This document shows positions 27,803 through 41,900 of a stretch of DNA of 64,000 nucleotides, in pieces. The position numbers and the translations under genes were made by a program. Within the stretch, counting starts at the first letter, position 1. The number at the start of each line of letters is the position of its first letter. Source of the stretch: the human T2T-CHM13v2.0 reference genome, Homo sapiens. The stretch lies in the NCBI RefSeq assembly GCF_009914755.1, contig NC_060928.1; one strand, written 5' to 3'. The notes beneath the pieces are model-generated. The model was not told where the DNA came from and made no database searches. It was given only the letters and a program-made list of their open reading frames with translations.

Positions 27803-27997
27803 CAGAGTTTACAGATTTATTTAGCAAATTAAAATCCAGGCCTCCAGACCTATTTGAATTTATGATAAACAACAAATATATTTTAGTATAATTACTTTCC
27901 AAATATTTCATTTTATATATTTAAACCAAAACTCTATTTGTTGTTTATACAAAATTCAAATTTATCTGGGTGCTGGATTTTTTTCTGGCAACTCTAC
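27803..27997. mobile_element. MER53 palindromic hAT MITE
   Basis: TTTGAATTTATGATAAACAACAAAT ... ATTTGTTGTTTATACAAAATTCAAA arms; end CTGGCAACTCTA. Confidence 0.85.
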
Positions 27998-28039
27998 CTA
28001 GTGTATACAGCCTCTCACTCCACATCCTCTGCTAGTTTG

Positions 28040-28310
28040 GTACATATTACCTGCTTTTCAATAAAGCCTCACCTGACTCTCTCTCCTGACTAGAATGATT
28101 GCATCCATAACTTTTTGTCCTGTGGATGTTTTCTCTTATGTCTCTAATGGCATTTGATATCATGATATATCTGATTACATTTGGGAGTTTCCTGTAGGCA
28201 GAGACAGTGTTCTATTCATCTTTGTACCCACAGCACATACACAATGCCTTAACCTTAAAAGGACATTATTTAGTCATTGCTGGCTACATTAATATATGTT
28301 TGTTCCTTCG
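28040..28310 (+). mobile_element. L2 3' fragment
   Basis: GTAGGCAGAGACAGTGTTCTATTCATCTTTGTACCCACAGCACATACACAATGCCT. Confidence 0.65.
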
Positions 28311-29128
28311 TTTGATTTAGCAATAGACTTTGAGAGAAAGTGCACAATAATAGTAATAATGGCTAATATTTCTTGAGTGTTGTCTATATGCTAAGCATTA
28401 TTCTGTGTTCTATTTCTGCTATAATATAATATAATATATGAGTTACTGCAAAACCTCAGATTTTACAAAATCATGCATTAAATATAAGGTAGATAGAAGC
28501 AGAAAATTCAAATCATATACAGGTTTGTAATCAGAAAACCAACAATAACAATATAGATTCTAGTAACTATACTGGTTCATATTAAAAACAAGTTAAGTTT
28601 ATAATAAGTAATAGAAAAAACACTACAATAAATCTAGTACTTTACATTAAAATTAAGAAAATAGGGATGGGAATTTTATATAAATGGTATAAGGAAGTGT
28701 TGTGGTTGTTCAGTTATGGAGATATGAGAAACATGTACAAATCAGGTAGAACTATGAAATAAGTATATTCAGGAAAGAGCATGGTGCCAAACTGAGCATC
28801 AGAGAAGAGCGATTGGGCATCACATATAACACTGCATGGTGCATGGTGTTACGGTTTGCTGTTTCCTGTTGTGTATGTCACTTTTTGTATAGCTGATTTT
28901 ATCTGGAGGAACAAAGTTAAGTGAATAAAAAAAGCTGGGAAAATTTGGCATGGACCAACACAAATTCCTTGTTATGTCAACATTATCCCTATTTACCTAT
29001 TACCTATATGATTAATTTTATGAGTTAATGATTCTAAAATGCCTATGCAGTTAAGAACTAGTTTTTTTTTTTTTCATTTTCCTAGCTCTTTTATCATTTA
29101 GAAAAAATACCTGGGACAAAAACCAAAG

Positions 29129-29475
29129 TTTTTTTTTAAATTTTTTTTTATTATACTTTAAGTTCTAGGGTACATGTGCACAACGTGCAGGTTTGTTACA
29201 TATGTATACATGTGCCATGTTGGTGTGCTGCACCCATTAACTCGTCATTTACATTAGGTATATCTCCTAATGCTATCCCTCCCCCTCCCCAAACCCCATG
29301 GCAGGCTCCGGTGTGTGATGCTCCCCATCCTGTGTCCAAGTGTTTTCATTGTTCAGTTTCCACCTATGAGTGAGAACACGTGATGTTTGGTTTTCTGTCC
29401 TTGCGAGAGATTGCTCAGAATGATGGTTTCCAGCTTCATCCATGTCCCTACAAAGGACATGAACTCATCCTTTTG
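29129..29475 (-). mobile_element. L1PA4/5 3' UTR fragment
   Basis: Poly(T) then TTATACTTTAAGTTCTAGGGTACATGTGCACAACGTGCAGG...CCTACAAAGGACATGAACTCATCC. Confidence 0.95.
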
Positions 29476-32002
29476 TAACATGTCTATGATAACATAGCTA
29501 GTGAGGATAGAGCCAAGTTTCCGGGATAGATTGCCTGAGACATAATCATAACTCTTGTCTATGAAGATATTTGTGTACTTTTGAATGGTTGTTCCTTATT
29601 GAAGTTGTAAATTTTGACGTTAGTGTTTTAAAACTTCCTGATTGATAAGCCTGGAAATATCAAAAGAATAACTAACTTTACATCCTCATGGTTCAGAACA
29701 CAAAAGTATATAAAATTTAACATGTCAAATTCATCTCTAAGGTTATCTTTTCTGAAGTACTGATTTTTAATATCAAAATACTGAAATTGATTTGTAATTT
29801 ATTAATAGTTACATGTTTTCTAAGCTCATTTATCATTCCCACTATATATGATATGACCTCAGATCTATGCAGCTAGGTCTTTGGTGGGAGTATGTATATT
29901 TTACAAATTTTCCTCCTTGCCTCGAGCCAAGTGGACACATTTTTCAAGTAGAGCAATAATATTTTGTTTCCCTGAAATTCAGAATTTTAGTTCACAGTTT
30001 TTACCCAGTCTGAATATGACTAGGATTATTTTATATAAATTCAAGAAAAGTGGGCAATAATATCTCATCATATGAACAAAAGGGCAGAAAATCTATCTGT
30101 TATATGTGTATTTTCAGAGAGATGAGGGTACAAGAGATATTATAAATGTATTTTGTCACATACTGATGGTTTCCTAGTTCCTTGTTTCACCTAAGACTTA
30201 GCTATCCTTTGCACTTATAAGAACCACTCCTACCTTATTGATTAAGAAAAGCTATGTCTTTACATAAAAAAGAATGAATACACCAAAATCATGTAAATAA
30301 TGTTTTCTTTTACATGTATAGATTATTTTTTTGCAAAGAGCTTCTTTAAAATTACAGAATATAATTTTACAATACTATAGTTGATAACATTTAAATATCA
30401 ATGCCACAAGAGTAATTTGTACAAAGTTAAATTCTATGATGTGAATTCAGTAATCCTAATTTAAATTATTATGTTATGGAAAAGAAGCCCTCAGGTAACA
30501 CTCAGCTTTTTTGGTTGAATCTTAACAGAATATCTTATAATAGTTGGAAATAAAAATTGACTCTGTCTTTGGAAAAATAACTTACTAAACATTTTTACTA
30601 TTTAAAAAGGGCTTTAGAACCCATGAAGAGTCAACACTCTAAAGAGATGAAAATATGAATATATCTTAAAAGAAATCTAGCACTGTTATTAAGAGTTTAT
30701 GAAATTAGGGAAAATATTTTCTATTTAAATTTTTTGCTTTCAAATAATGTTGTGATGATTATTAAGAAATTACATTGAAAAATTAAATCCTTAAATGTTC
30801 TTTGAAACTCTATTTTATACTCTAAAAAATGATAGTAGCTATTATTGAATATTCTTATTATTCATTTGCATGCAAAGTGATACATAATAAAATCAAAATC
30901 TTGATGTAATTTTCTCCTGATACCAACTTCAAATCTGCTGATTTCTGCCTCATGGTAAGTTAAGAAAGAGAGGCAGGGAAAAAAGTAGGAATGCATGATT
31001 CATTCCAATAAAAAAAAATAGAATGTGAACTGGCAAAAGCTGGTGAGGACACTCATCAAGAGTGTTAGGCAGTAAGTGGTTGTCAGAAACATCATTTAAA
31101 AGCCCCAATGACAGCTTCAGAATATGCTTTTCAAAGTAAAATAAATCGATATATTCAACAAAACTTGTTACTTTCCTCCTCTATTTTAAGCTATATTTTT
31201 ATTGGCAGTGTGATTCTTCTCAGGCAGATTTGTAAATTAACAAGAACTCTAAGTAATTCAGAGTCAAGTTTATAATTAGGAAACATTAAACTTCTATTTT
31301 TATTTTTTAAATAATAAAATTATTTTAGTAATTCCCAATGTCTGCTAGTTGCTTGCTCTACAGAAGGCTTTTCTGTTGTGTGTAAGTGAAAGTATTTTAT
31401 TTGCTCATAAACCTTAGGAATATTTCCAATCTGGTGCTTAGATGTAGCATAATTTTTTTCTTAATTTTTGTGTCCATTCAATGAATGCCCTTTCATTCTA
31501 CTTAATAATAAAGGCCTAAATTAAAGATCAACATTTCAATAGCTGATCATAGTATTCATTTGAAATCCTAGTTTTTATGCAAATTATTTATAAACTAATT
31601 TGAATATGAATTACTGGCAATTTTATAGCTAAAAATAATGTTATTGCCATAGTTGTGCCAAGAGGATAAGCAAGGGTATTTTGAATGATTTTAAAACTCC
31701 AGGCACTAACATTGTAAGATAATCTTGAGTGAATAAATCTGTGAATAACACAAGAGTCTCTCTAGGCTTTTTCATATGGTCTGTGTTGTTGTAATGCTTT
31801 CTACACAGCAATGAGCTGCCTAATAATGTATTTTTGTTAATATAATAATTAAAAATAAAGAAATATATAATTTTTACAATACAAAGTTCTGATGTGATAT
31901 TAGACATATTTATAATATTTCTTAGTTTTACACATCTTTGCTAAATGGGAAATACATTTCAATTGCATTGAATAAAAACCTTTGAAAAATGTATTTTATT
32001 AA

Positions 32003-33070
32003 TTGATTCATTGATACATATTTGTTTTTCACCATTTTATTCCAAGCACTCTTCTAGACCCTACAGATAAAGCAATGAACAAAAGAAACAGATATCTTCT
32101 TGTGGAGCTTATATTTTAGTTGGGGAGATAACAATAGCAAATGTGTATAGTGTTAGGTAGTGATAAGTTCCCTAGAGAAAACTAAGGTAGAAAGTTTGAT
32201 AAGTTTGATAAGTTTGATAAGGAATATACCAGGTGTAGGAAGGATTTAATATAAAATATAGTAGATAATTTTTTACTGAAAAATTATAAATTTTGACTAA
32301 AACTAGACAGATGTGAGGAAGCATTTCACCAAAGTAAACATTTTTTAGTTTACTACAAATAAAATTGTATTTTATTTCACTAAAATCAAACATTTTTAGA
32401 TAAAATATTCCAAGAAGAGCAAAGGCCCTAAATATATTATCTAGCATGCCTCAAGAACAGCAAAGAGGCCAAGATGACTCACACAGAGTAGTGAAGTTGG
32501 TGAAATAACAAGAAATAAGGTCAACTAGAAAACAAGATGTTGGAGAGAAGTGGGTAAAATTGCATGGAACTTATATGGAGTTTACCTTTTGTCTAAGTGA
32601 AATGAGAATATTTGCAGGATTTAGTGCAAAAGAGGGTCATGCACTTTGACATGATTATTAAAACTGTGTTAAGTGTAGAATGAAGATGACTAATGCTAAA
32701 ATTAAGAAGACAAGTTAGGGAGTCATTAAAGCAATGCAATGGAAAGATGATAGTGACTTGGAGCAGATAAATGCACTGCATATTAGGGTGGTCAGCTAGG
32801 ACTGTATTTTGAAGCTACAGCTTTCCACCAAATTTGGTGGAAAATTGAATTGAAAATGTTTAGCATGAGAAAAATAAAACAATATACAAGGCTTTGGGAT
32901 TATACTACTGGTACATATTCATTGAGTTAGCTAAAACTGTGGAAGTGACATATATCACATGGCTGGAAAGGGGGATGAAAAATATTTAGTTTTGAACATG
33001 TGAAGTTACTTGAGATGCTTATTTGCCACCCAGGTAACAACATGAGTGAAACAGGAAAACATTTAGTTGA
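32003..33070 (-). mobile_element. L2a 3' region
   Basis: ATTCATTGATACATATTTG...GCAATGAACAAAAG...TGGAGCTTATATTTTAGTTGGGGAG...TTTAGTTTTGAACATGTGAAG. Confidence 0.8.
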
Positions 33071-34959
33071 GATAATCAGAATCACATTTTATTTAACAGC
33101 ATTTGTCATGCTACTCTGTTGATATAAAGGTGGAAGGGAGCAGTCCAGGCCAATGAGCTGGATTGGAAATAGGAAAATTTACTATCAATAAAAATATCAT
33201 ATGTAGTGGACACATGATTCATACTCTAACCAAACTCTAATGAGCAGAAGTATATCATTTAATACTGGGATCTGAAAAATAACCAATAAATAAATAAGCC
33301 TTGAACTAAAGACTTTTGGAGTTGATAGTTTTCTCTAAAATCACCTTTCCAGGAAACAAGCAGCTCTCAAAAAGACCAAACCCAACTGTTATGTATATTA
33401 TTCATTACCCTGGTAAGAATTCATAACAATATGTTTCACCAGCATACAGATGATTATTTTGAAGTTTGCTCATAATTGTACAGAAAGGTATGGAGCTACC
33501 AGTTATCTCAGGTTACAAACTAGGATAATGAATGTTCCATCCACTTGAGTTCTTTAGTGAAGTTTTAAGGGGGCTGAGTTTAAAATAAGTATCAGAGTGT
33601 AGTAGTTAAAATTCTTAAAATAGTCCTGCTCTTGGAAGCTCATTATTAATTTGATTGAAAGCTTCAAGGAAGCTCATTATTTGAATGACTTGTTATTCCT
33701 GGAAAAAATCACATTTTGTAAATATTGTTCATTTAACAATAACACCAGATATAGAAATTTCTCAGTCCTCTTTGGTCTCCACAAGTTTTTATTTCAATTT
33801 ATTTTTATACAACTGGCAAAACTGGGTGTGTGTCTTTTGTTGATCTAATAATAAGTTGTGTCAAGTCAGCCAAGACTTTTATAGAAATGTTTACTATTGC
33901 CCACTTAAATACAATTGGTCTCAAGGCACACCTTTTATAAGCCAAGAATACAGACATAAAATACAATTTATATTTTAATTTATTTGGAAATCACTCCGGC
34001 TAGATCAGCCTCCCAGCCTATACGGTTACCATTGATCTCCTCCAATTATGGTAAGCAAACATATGTCAGACAACTAGAATGTTCCCCACTGGCCACTGGA
34101 GTGTACGAAATTGTACTCTCATTTTTTCTCATGATACTTGCTACATGCTTGGCAAAGGATATACACTGGATTATATTTTTAAGAACCAATATAACATGCT
34201 TCAATTAAATAAATTTATTAACCCGCTGTTGTGGCAAATAAGAAAGAACTAAGAAAAATGCATGTGGGAAAGATCAAAACACTAATCGGAGGGAAGCTAT
34301 ATAACATAATGCCCTCCATGAACTACTGGTCAAGATCTATGTTTTTCTCTTTAAATGATGTAACTCATCTTGATGTCATTTTGTAGTCACTCCTCAATAA
34401 TGGGAATTGACATTGTCCCAACACTATGTCTTCATTTTGAAGGACTGGAATATCCTTAAATGGACAGTTACTAAATATGGAACATTTGGGAAAAGAATAA
34501 TTAAAGTCCCATGCACCTCTCTATCCTTATCCATTGACCCACAAATATCCATGTAGCACACAATTTATACCCTAACACAAAAGAAAAAACCTAAACATTA
34601 AGCATTACTGTCAAGTTAAATATGTATATAACATTAAGCAGTTTTAAGCACCAAATTATTCCCAGTTCCCCACTCTTTTTCACTGGTGAGGGCTACAGAA
34701 AGACGTGCAAGTGTGGAACTAAGGGTAGCACCCAGTTACATGGGAAGGAAAGTCTAGTGTAATCAGCTGGGCAAATAGTACACTTTTTCCTTAAATAAAA
34801 TAAAATAATAATAGTTAATTTTCTTTAAAAAATGTATAAAGTAACTGATTTTCTAACTTATGAATGTATTATACAAACAAATTTAATAATAATGAATTTA
34901 GCTGTACCTGAGAATATTTATACTTGACAATGTTTCTATTACATGAACACACATGGTAT

Positions 34960-36300
34960 GACAGTCTCAGTTTGGTCAGAAAACTGACCGTATATGTGCT
35001 ATAAAATAAAGACAGATGTAGAAATAAGAGTTTACTTGTATGCAGATGGAAGATGGGAGGAAAAGTAGATCTTCAATACTGCCCCTGATGCATATGAGAA
35101 ACTGGCATTATTGAAAGATCTAAGGGGCATAGCGTCTGGCTACCACTATGAAAGAGGAGCAAGCAGAGAGGTCTGTGAAGCCATTGGCCTACCCCAAAAC
35201 ATCACAGCATAATCTCAGAAGTGAAAATTACTATTCTGACATAACTAGTTACCATTTTTGAGAGTCAGGGATCATGAGAAAGTCTGCCAGGCCATCTCAT
35301 CTGACTACAACATGCCCCATGAATAATGCTTTTTCTTTGTTTTCCTCATTCATTTTCCAAATATTTTATAAATTCCTCTCATTGACAAACTCTAACCCAA
35401 AATGCATAGATAATGAGATTCTGGAAAACCTATAACAGGCTCTTTTGCATTGCACAGAGGAATGTGGGGATAATACTGAGTAGACCAGCTAATACAGTAC
35501 AGCCCACCTCCTCATAGACTTAGAATGTATACATAACAATAACAACATCACTCTTTACCTTAACTTGATGCAACTATCTCTCACACCACGAAAGTCATGC
35601 TTACCTCCACCATAAATGGAGACATACCTCCCATATGCCACTTTATATTTATTGATATTTATTTGTTTATAGCTCATTCACTATTTCAATGAGCTTTCCT
35701 GATTTGTAATACTGAATTAAATACTGAAATATGTAGAATATCTTACTATATAAGAAATATGTAGGAAATCTTACTATCTTACTATGTAGAAAATATGTAG
35801 GGAATATTACTATAAGTATATACTTAGTACACTCATGCACATGCGCACAGACACACACACACAAACACCATGCACACATAAAACAATGATTACATTTGTG
35901 TTGCAAATTTTTTCATGGACGATTTGGAGTAAAAGGAGCCTCACCTACATAAACTTCCTGGTTTCCTGACCAGCATATTCTGACTGTGGGAGATAATATT
36001 AACATTTATTTGTTTCTAGTTCAGATACTCTACTACCTGAAACTAGAACTAAGTATTCAAAATGTTATTCTACTGCACTTTTAGGCCATCTTCTTTAGCT
36101 CAAAGTAACACCAATGAGTTCTGTGGTCTAGATACTGTGTTTTGAATTATAATGAGTTACATTTAGAAAGATACCTTATTATTCCATAATGCTGTGTGGA
36201 TTACCCTGAGAGCAAATAACATTTTATAAATATATAGATAAGTGTTTTGGCAGAAGCACTGTAGGTAGGGAAGAAAATAAATATATCCAGGTAAGTTTCT
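34960..36300 (-). mobile_element. Ancient ERVL provirus remnant: 3' LTR (~34960-35500) and 3' internal sequence
   Basis: CCTTAACTTGATGCAACTATC resembles the ERVL 3' internal end; GGCAGAAGCACTGTAGGTAGGGAAG...ATATCCAGGTAAGT resembles antisense ERVL integrase; LTR identity is tentative. Confidence 0.55.
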
Positions 36301-37092
36301 TAATGTGTGACTATCAGAATGGCCATGTAAGGATCTTAGTGAAAACTTGTAAAACCAAGACAGCAATTTAACCACAGAATATTACAAAAACATAATCATT
36401 AAAATTTCTGAATACAGTAAATAGAGAAATCTTTGTTCATGAAAATCTACTAAATCTTAACAAGAACAGTGGATGTCTGTGTCATTTGTGGTATTATCTA
36501 TTACCTTACTTCAGCCCCTCCCACTCATTTTTCTTAGGGAAACTCTATACTGGTAACGTGCAGCCAAACATACAGGGTTCCCCTATTCTCCAAACAGTCA
36601 AGGTGTTGTTTTTCACCCGTTCACTCAAGTGCATTTTGGAGAGGCTGTATTCCAGGTAGATACGGCTGAGACAAGCAGGTCTCCCTTCCTCTAGCCAAGT
36701 CCTCTAGAAGTCCTACCCCAGGTATAACAGGCCAAAAGCCCAGGTTTGCTACTCCCAAATCTCCAGTGCCCTCTCATACAGCAAGGCTGTCACTCTAGGA
36801 AAAGCAAGTTTCTGCCCCAAGCTCTGGTCCAGTAGAGCAGGGAATCCACATGATGGAAAGGTGGAACATGAGGATGAGGAGATTCAGAGATTGGTCTGAA
36901 AGGATGTCACTGACATGACCAGATAGCCAAATTAAAAAGAAAAATAATGAAGTTGGACTCCTACCTCACACCATATGCAAAGTTAAATTAAAATGCTTTA
37001 AGGCTAATATAAAAGCTAAAGGTACAAAACTAAAGAAAACATAGCACAAATATGGGTGACATTGGCTTTGGCACTTTCTTTCAGCTTTGACA

Positions 37093-39040
37093 TTTTTAAA
37101 TTTTTATTTTAGATTCAAGGTGTACATGTGCAGGTTGTTAAAAGGGTATATATAGTATGATGCTGAGAATTGGACTTCTACTGATCCCATCACCCATATA
37201 GTGAACATAGTACCCAAAAGGAAGGTTTTTAGCCCTTGTACTCTCCACTCTTCCTTTTGGAGTCCCCAGTGTCTATTGTTTTCATCTTTATGTCCATGTG
37301 AACACAATGTTTAGCTCTCACTTATAAATGAGAACATGCAATATTTTTTTTTTGTCTCTATGTTAATTCACTTAGGGTAATGGCCTCCACCTGCATCCAT
37401 GTTCCTGCAAAGGACACAATTTCATTCCTCTTTATGGTTGCATAGCATTTCATGGTGTGTATGTACTACCTTTCCTTTATCCAATTCACCATTGATGGGC
37501 ACCTAGGTTGGTCAAACATCTTTGGTATTGTGAATAGTGCTGCAATAAACATGTGAGTACACGTGTATTTTTGGCAGAATTATGTATTTTCCTTTGGGTA
37601 TATACACAGTAATTCAATTGCTGGGTTGAAGGTAGTTCTATTTTTAGTTCTTTGAGAAATCCCCAAACTGCTTTCTAAAATGGCTGAGCTAATTTACATT
37701 CCCACCGACAGTATGTAAGCATCCCCTTTACTCTGCAATCTCACCAGCATCTGTTGTTTTTTGACTTTTTAATAATGACCATCTGACTTGTGTGAGATGG
37801 TATTTCGTTGTGGTTTTGATTTGCATTGCTCTGATGATTAATGAAGTTGAGCATTTTTTTCATGTTGTTGGCTGCATGTATGTCTTTTTCTTAAGAAGTA
37901 TCTCTTCATGCCCCTTGCCCACTTTCAATGGGATTATTTGTTTTATTTCTTGTTGATTCATTTAAGTTCTGGATATTAGTCCTTTGTTGGATACATAGTA
38001 AATATCTTCCCTCATTCTTTAGGTTGTTTGTCTACTCTTGATAGTTTCTTTTGCTATGCAGAACCTCTTTAATTTAACTAGGTACCATTTATCAATTTTT
38101 TGTTTTTGTTGCAAATTGCTTTTGAGGACTTAGTCATAAATTCTTTGTCTAGGTTGATGTCCAGAATAGTATTTTCTAGGTTTTCTTCTAAGATTTTTTA
38201 TAGTTTGAGGTCTTACATTTAGGTTTTTAATACATCTTGAGTTAATTTTTGTATATGGTGAGAAGCAGGGGTCCAGTTTTATTCTTCTGCATATGGATAA
38301 CCAGTTTTCCCAGAATTATTTATTTAATAGTGCATTCCTTCCCCCATTGCTTATTTTTGCTGACTTTGTTGAAGATCAGTTTGTTGTAGGTGTACAGCTT
38401 TATTTTCTAGGTTCTCTATCCTCTTATATTGGCCTATGTGTCTGTTTTTGTACCAGTATCATACTGTTTTTGTTACTGTAGCCTTGTAGTTTAGTTTGAA
38501 GTTGGGTAATGTGATGCCTCAGGCTTTGTGCTTTTTGTTGTTGTTGTTTGTTTTGTTTTGTTTCTTAGAATTGTTTTGGATATTTGGGATATTTGGGATC
38601 TTTTTTGGTTGGAATTTTAGAATTTTTTTTCTAGTTGTGTAAAAAAATGATGGCAATTTGATGGGAATAGTATCAAAACTCTAGATTTCTTTGGGCAATC
38701 AGGCCATTTTAATAATTTTTAAAGTTTTTATGTGGCACTGTATTCAGTTTGCTAGTATTTTGTTATGGATTTCTGTATCTATCATATTGGCCTGTGGTTT
38801 TCTTTTTTTGCTGTGTTCTTGCCAGATTATGGTATCAAGTGGGATCTTGTTTCTTATAATAAGTTAGACAGGAGTCCCTCCTTCTTAATTTTTTTGAAAT
38901 AGTTTCAGTAGGATTGGTACCAGCCCTTCTTTGTATATCTGGTATGGTTCATCTGTGAGTCCATCTGGTCCTCAGCTTTTTCTGGTTGGCAGGGATTTTT
39001 TATTACTGATTAAATTTCAGAATTCATTGTTGATCTGTTC
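37093..39040 (-). mobile_element. L1PA15/16 nested in L1MB
   Basis: TTTTAGATTCAAGGTGTACATGTGCAGG...GATCCCATCACCC...TTTTGGAGTCCCCAGTGTCTATTG; antisense ORF2 with an internal deletion near 38715. Confidence 0.9.
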
Positions 39041-39231
39041 ACATCTAGAGCACAGCAACTAAAGGAGGGAGGAAAAGTCAATAATGTGGCTGTTTTTAAA
39101 ATTAGAAACTTTCGTGCATAAAAATATAATAACAAGAAAATGAAAAAAAGCACAGATTGGGAGAAAATATTTTCAAATTACATGTCTATAATCTATCTAT
39201 CTATCATCTATCTATCATCTATCAATCATCA

Positions 39232-39356
39232 TTTTTTTTTTTGAGACACCATCTCGCTAACGCCATTGCTGGTCTTGAACTCCTGGCCTCAAGGCACACT
39301 CCCACTTTGGCCTCCAAAAGTGCTGTGAATTCAGGCATGAGCCACTGTGTCCAACC
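39232..39356 (-). mobile_element. FLAM / Alu left monomer, preceded by (TCTA)n
   Basis: T-tail then GCTGGTCTTGAACTCCTGGCCTCAAG...CAGGCATGAGCCACTGTG. Confidence 0.88.
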
Positions 39357-40289
39357 TTATATGTATATAATAAGAGAAGTATATCAACAATATAAAAAAA
39401 CCCTTTAACCCAATGTTTTAATATAAAAATTTAAATAGATATTTTATTTCAAATAAGATACACAAGTAGCCAATAAGCAGCACATGAAAGGATATTTAAT
39501 GTTATTAATCATTAGGAAAAGGCAAATCAAAATCACAGTGAAGTCACATTTCACATTTTCTTTAAGGCTTTAATTAAAAAAATAAGATAGATAATAACAA
39601 GTATTGGTAAGGATGTCCAGAAATTAAAACCATCAAACATTGCTGGTGGGAATAGAAAATAACACAACTACTTTGCAAAACAACTTGACACATTATCAAA
39701 ATGTTAAACATAGACTTAAAATGTAACCCACCAATTTTACTCCTAGGGATATAACCAAGAGAATTGAAGAAACTTTATACAAACAAAAATTTATACATGA
39801 ATATACATATTGACATTTTTGTTAGTATCAAAAAGTGGAAATGATCCAAATATCTATCAAGTCATGAATGGATAAATATTTTATATCAATGCAATGGAAT
39901 ATCAATCAACAAAAAATGAATAATATATTATTACATGCTACAACAAAGATAGAACTTGAAATATGTTGTGAAATATCCAGCCACAAGAAACTACATAAGA
40001 GTTCAAATATATAAATTGTCCAAAATAGACAACATTATAAGAACAAAATGCAAGCTAGTGGTTACTGGGAAGAGGGGACATGTGGGTGAAGTTTAGAGTG
40101 ATTGCTAATAGATGCAATTAGGATATTTTTGGTATTGACAAAAATATTCTAAAATTAGATGTGATCATGTCTACATAATCATGTGTGAATATACTAAGAA
40201 CATTCAATTGTGTACTTTAAATAGGTAAATTATATGGTATCTTAATTACATCTTAACGAGGCTGCTAAAAATTAATTATAACAGAAAAG

Positions 40290-41708
40290 AAAGGTGTCCA
40301 TCTTCTAATGAGGATAAAAATGTCACAGTAGAATTGGTTCGATGTAATCAACATGTTTTCAAGTGGCTTGCAATTTCCCTTGTGCATCTATGCTGTAGGA
40401 GGAACCACTGATAGTTTCTGCTGTTGGCTATGACCAGATCAGCCTCATTAAATAGAAATTATTATTGTTGAATTTATATACAACCTTCTCGCTGCTGTGA
40501 TCAACACTCTGTAGTGAGTCCATAGAACAAGGACAAGAGCTACTGGAGGAAAAGCTTACTGGAACCCAGATAACTTACCTTGATTACCTGATTACTGAGA
40601 GCCTTATTTTTCTGTGCTTAACTTTTGATGTACACTCTTTTGGGAAACAAACCTTCTCAAATATTTGTCAAATTGAGAGGTCTCTTCACGTAGCTCTTTC
40701 CAGACCTCCTTATTATCCAATGTCCATTCTTTTTCCTCCTAAGGTTTTGACCTTTCAGCAAATTATCAGCTATGTTCCATGTGTTCATGTCAATTCATGC
40801 TTACCTCTCCCTTCAGATGAAGTCAGCAACTGGAGGTGAAGAGTTAAGTTTACCCACTTGGAGGATTTACACTTTTGCAGTTGTTCACTTTCAAGTGGCA
40901 CTAGTATGTTTATTAGCATTATCCTAAATTAGATCTCATTCATTTTTCTTCCTCAGTTAAGCGACTGTAGGAAATACTCCATGGGGCATTGTGGGTTTAA
41001 GGTGAGAAGGCAATGTGGAAATGTGTTCCACAAACATCTGATCTACTTCCTTAGGCAACTTACATGCCTTTCCAACACCTGTTACCTTATATGCTCACAT
41101 GCACATTTTCATTTGACAATAGACTGCTGCTAATGCACTCAAATTTATGGCTTTATGGCTCAGATCTCTAGAGTCTAACTGAGATAGACCAGTTACATAG
41201 TAACCTGAAGGTTTATGCTAAAGCACTCTATTTCTACCATCTGCCAAGTTAACAAAGGATATTTTTCCAAAGAACACACTCTATATTCAATGGCTTATAT
41301 TTGCTACAAACTACTTAGGGTATATACATTATAGTTCACTAGTGGTGGTCTTCCTAAAACATTTCTATTTACCATAGACACTTCATCCACAATCAGATCT
41401 GCTGTATCATATGACCCAAGTATTAGAGCACCTTGTTCCACAGTCCGAATCTGTTTCTCTCCTGTGAAACTCAAACCAAATATGTGTTACTTGGTAAATG
41501 AATTTGCAGAAACACTCTACAAAGTATCAATAGGTGCTGCCAAAATCTAGAGTAGGGTAGATATTAAGGGGATGGTGAGTTTGAGGTATCATTTTCCCTT
41601 TATACTTCCTGGAAGCCCTGGCCTATTTGCTGTGTCTTTTGTAATTTGATCAAGAGGCACAGCTTCTTTCAGGTGGCCCAATTTATCCACAAAACTACAA
41701 AATTGCTC

Positions 41709-41757
<49 letters not shown>

Positions 41758-41900
41758 GTGTACAGCTTTATTTTATTGTGTATATATGTATATATTATTG
41801 ATTGGATATATATCCAATCAAATAATCACTCTCTCATCATTCATATTGTCCTTTCAAAACTGTGAGTAGTAACATCTCCTACTCTTATTTACTACAAGAT
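40290..41900 (-). mobile_element. ERVL internal (pol) remnant
   Basis: AGATCTGCTGTATCATATGACCCAAGTATTAGAGCACCTTG and GCTGCCAAAATCTAGAGTAGG resemble antisense HERV-L pol; no intact ORF. Confidence 0.6.
41717..41752. repeat. (AT)18 microsatellite
   Basis: Seen directly. Confidence 0.98.

Larger units (their letters stand above)
36310..40270 (+). mobile_element. L1M/L1MB (5' region plus 3' end, internally deleted) inserted in ERVL
   Basis: GAAAATCTACTAAATCTTAACAAGAACAG (5' end); GAAGTTGGACTCCTACCTCACACCATATG; resumes at ~39040; 3' end TGTGAATATACTAAG...TTACATCTTAACGAGGCTGCTAAAA. Confidence 0.75.

Noticed and set aside
32192-32220. (AAGTTTGAT)x3 repeat
   Set aside because: Simple slippage inside L2; no spacers, so not a CRISPR-like array
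30951-34056. Isolated consensus donors ATG|GTAAGT (30955) and ATG|GTAAGC (34051)
   Set aside because: No convincing paired acceptors; such 6-mers are expected by chance in 64 kb
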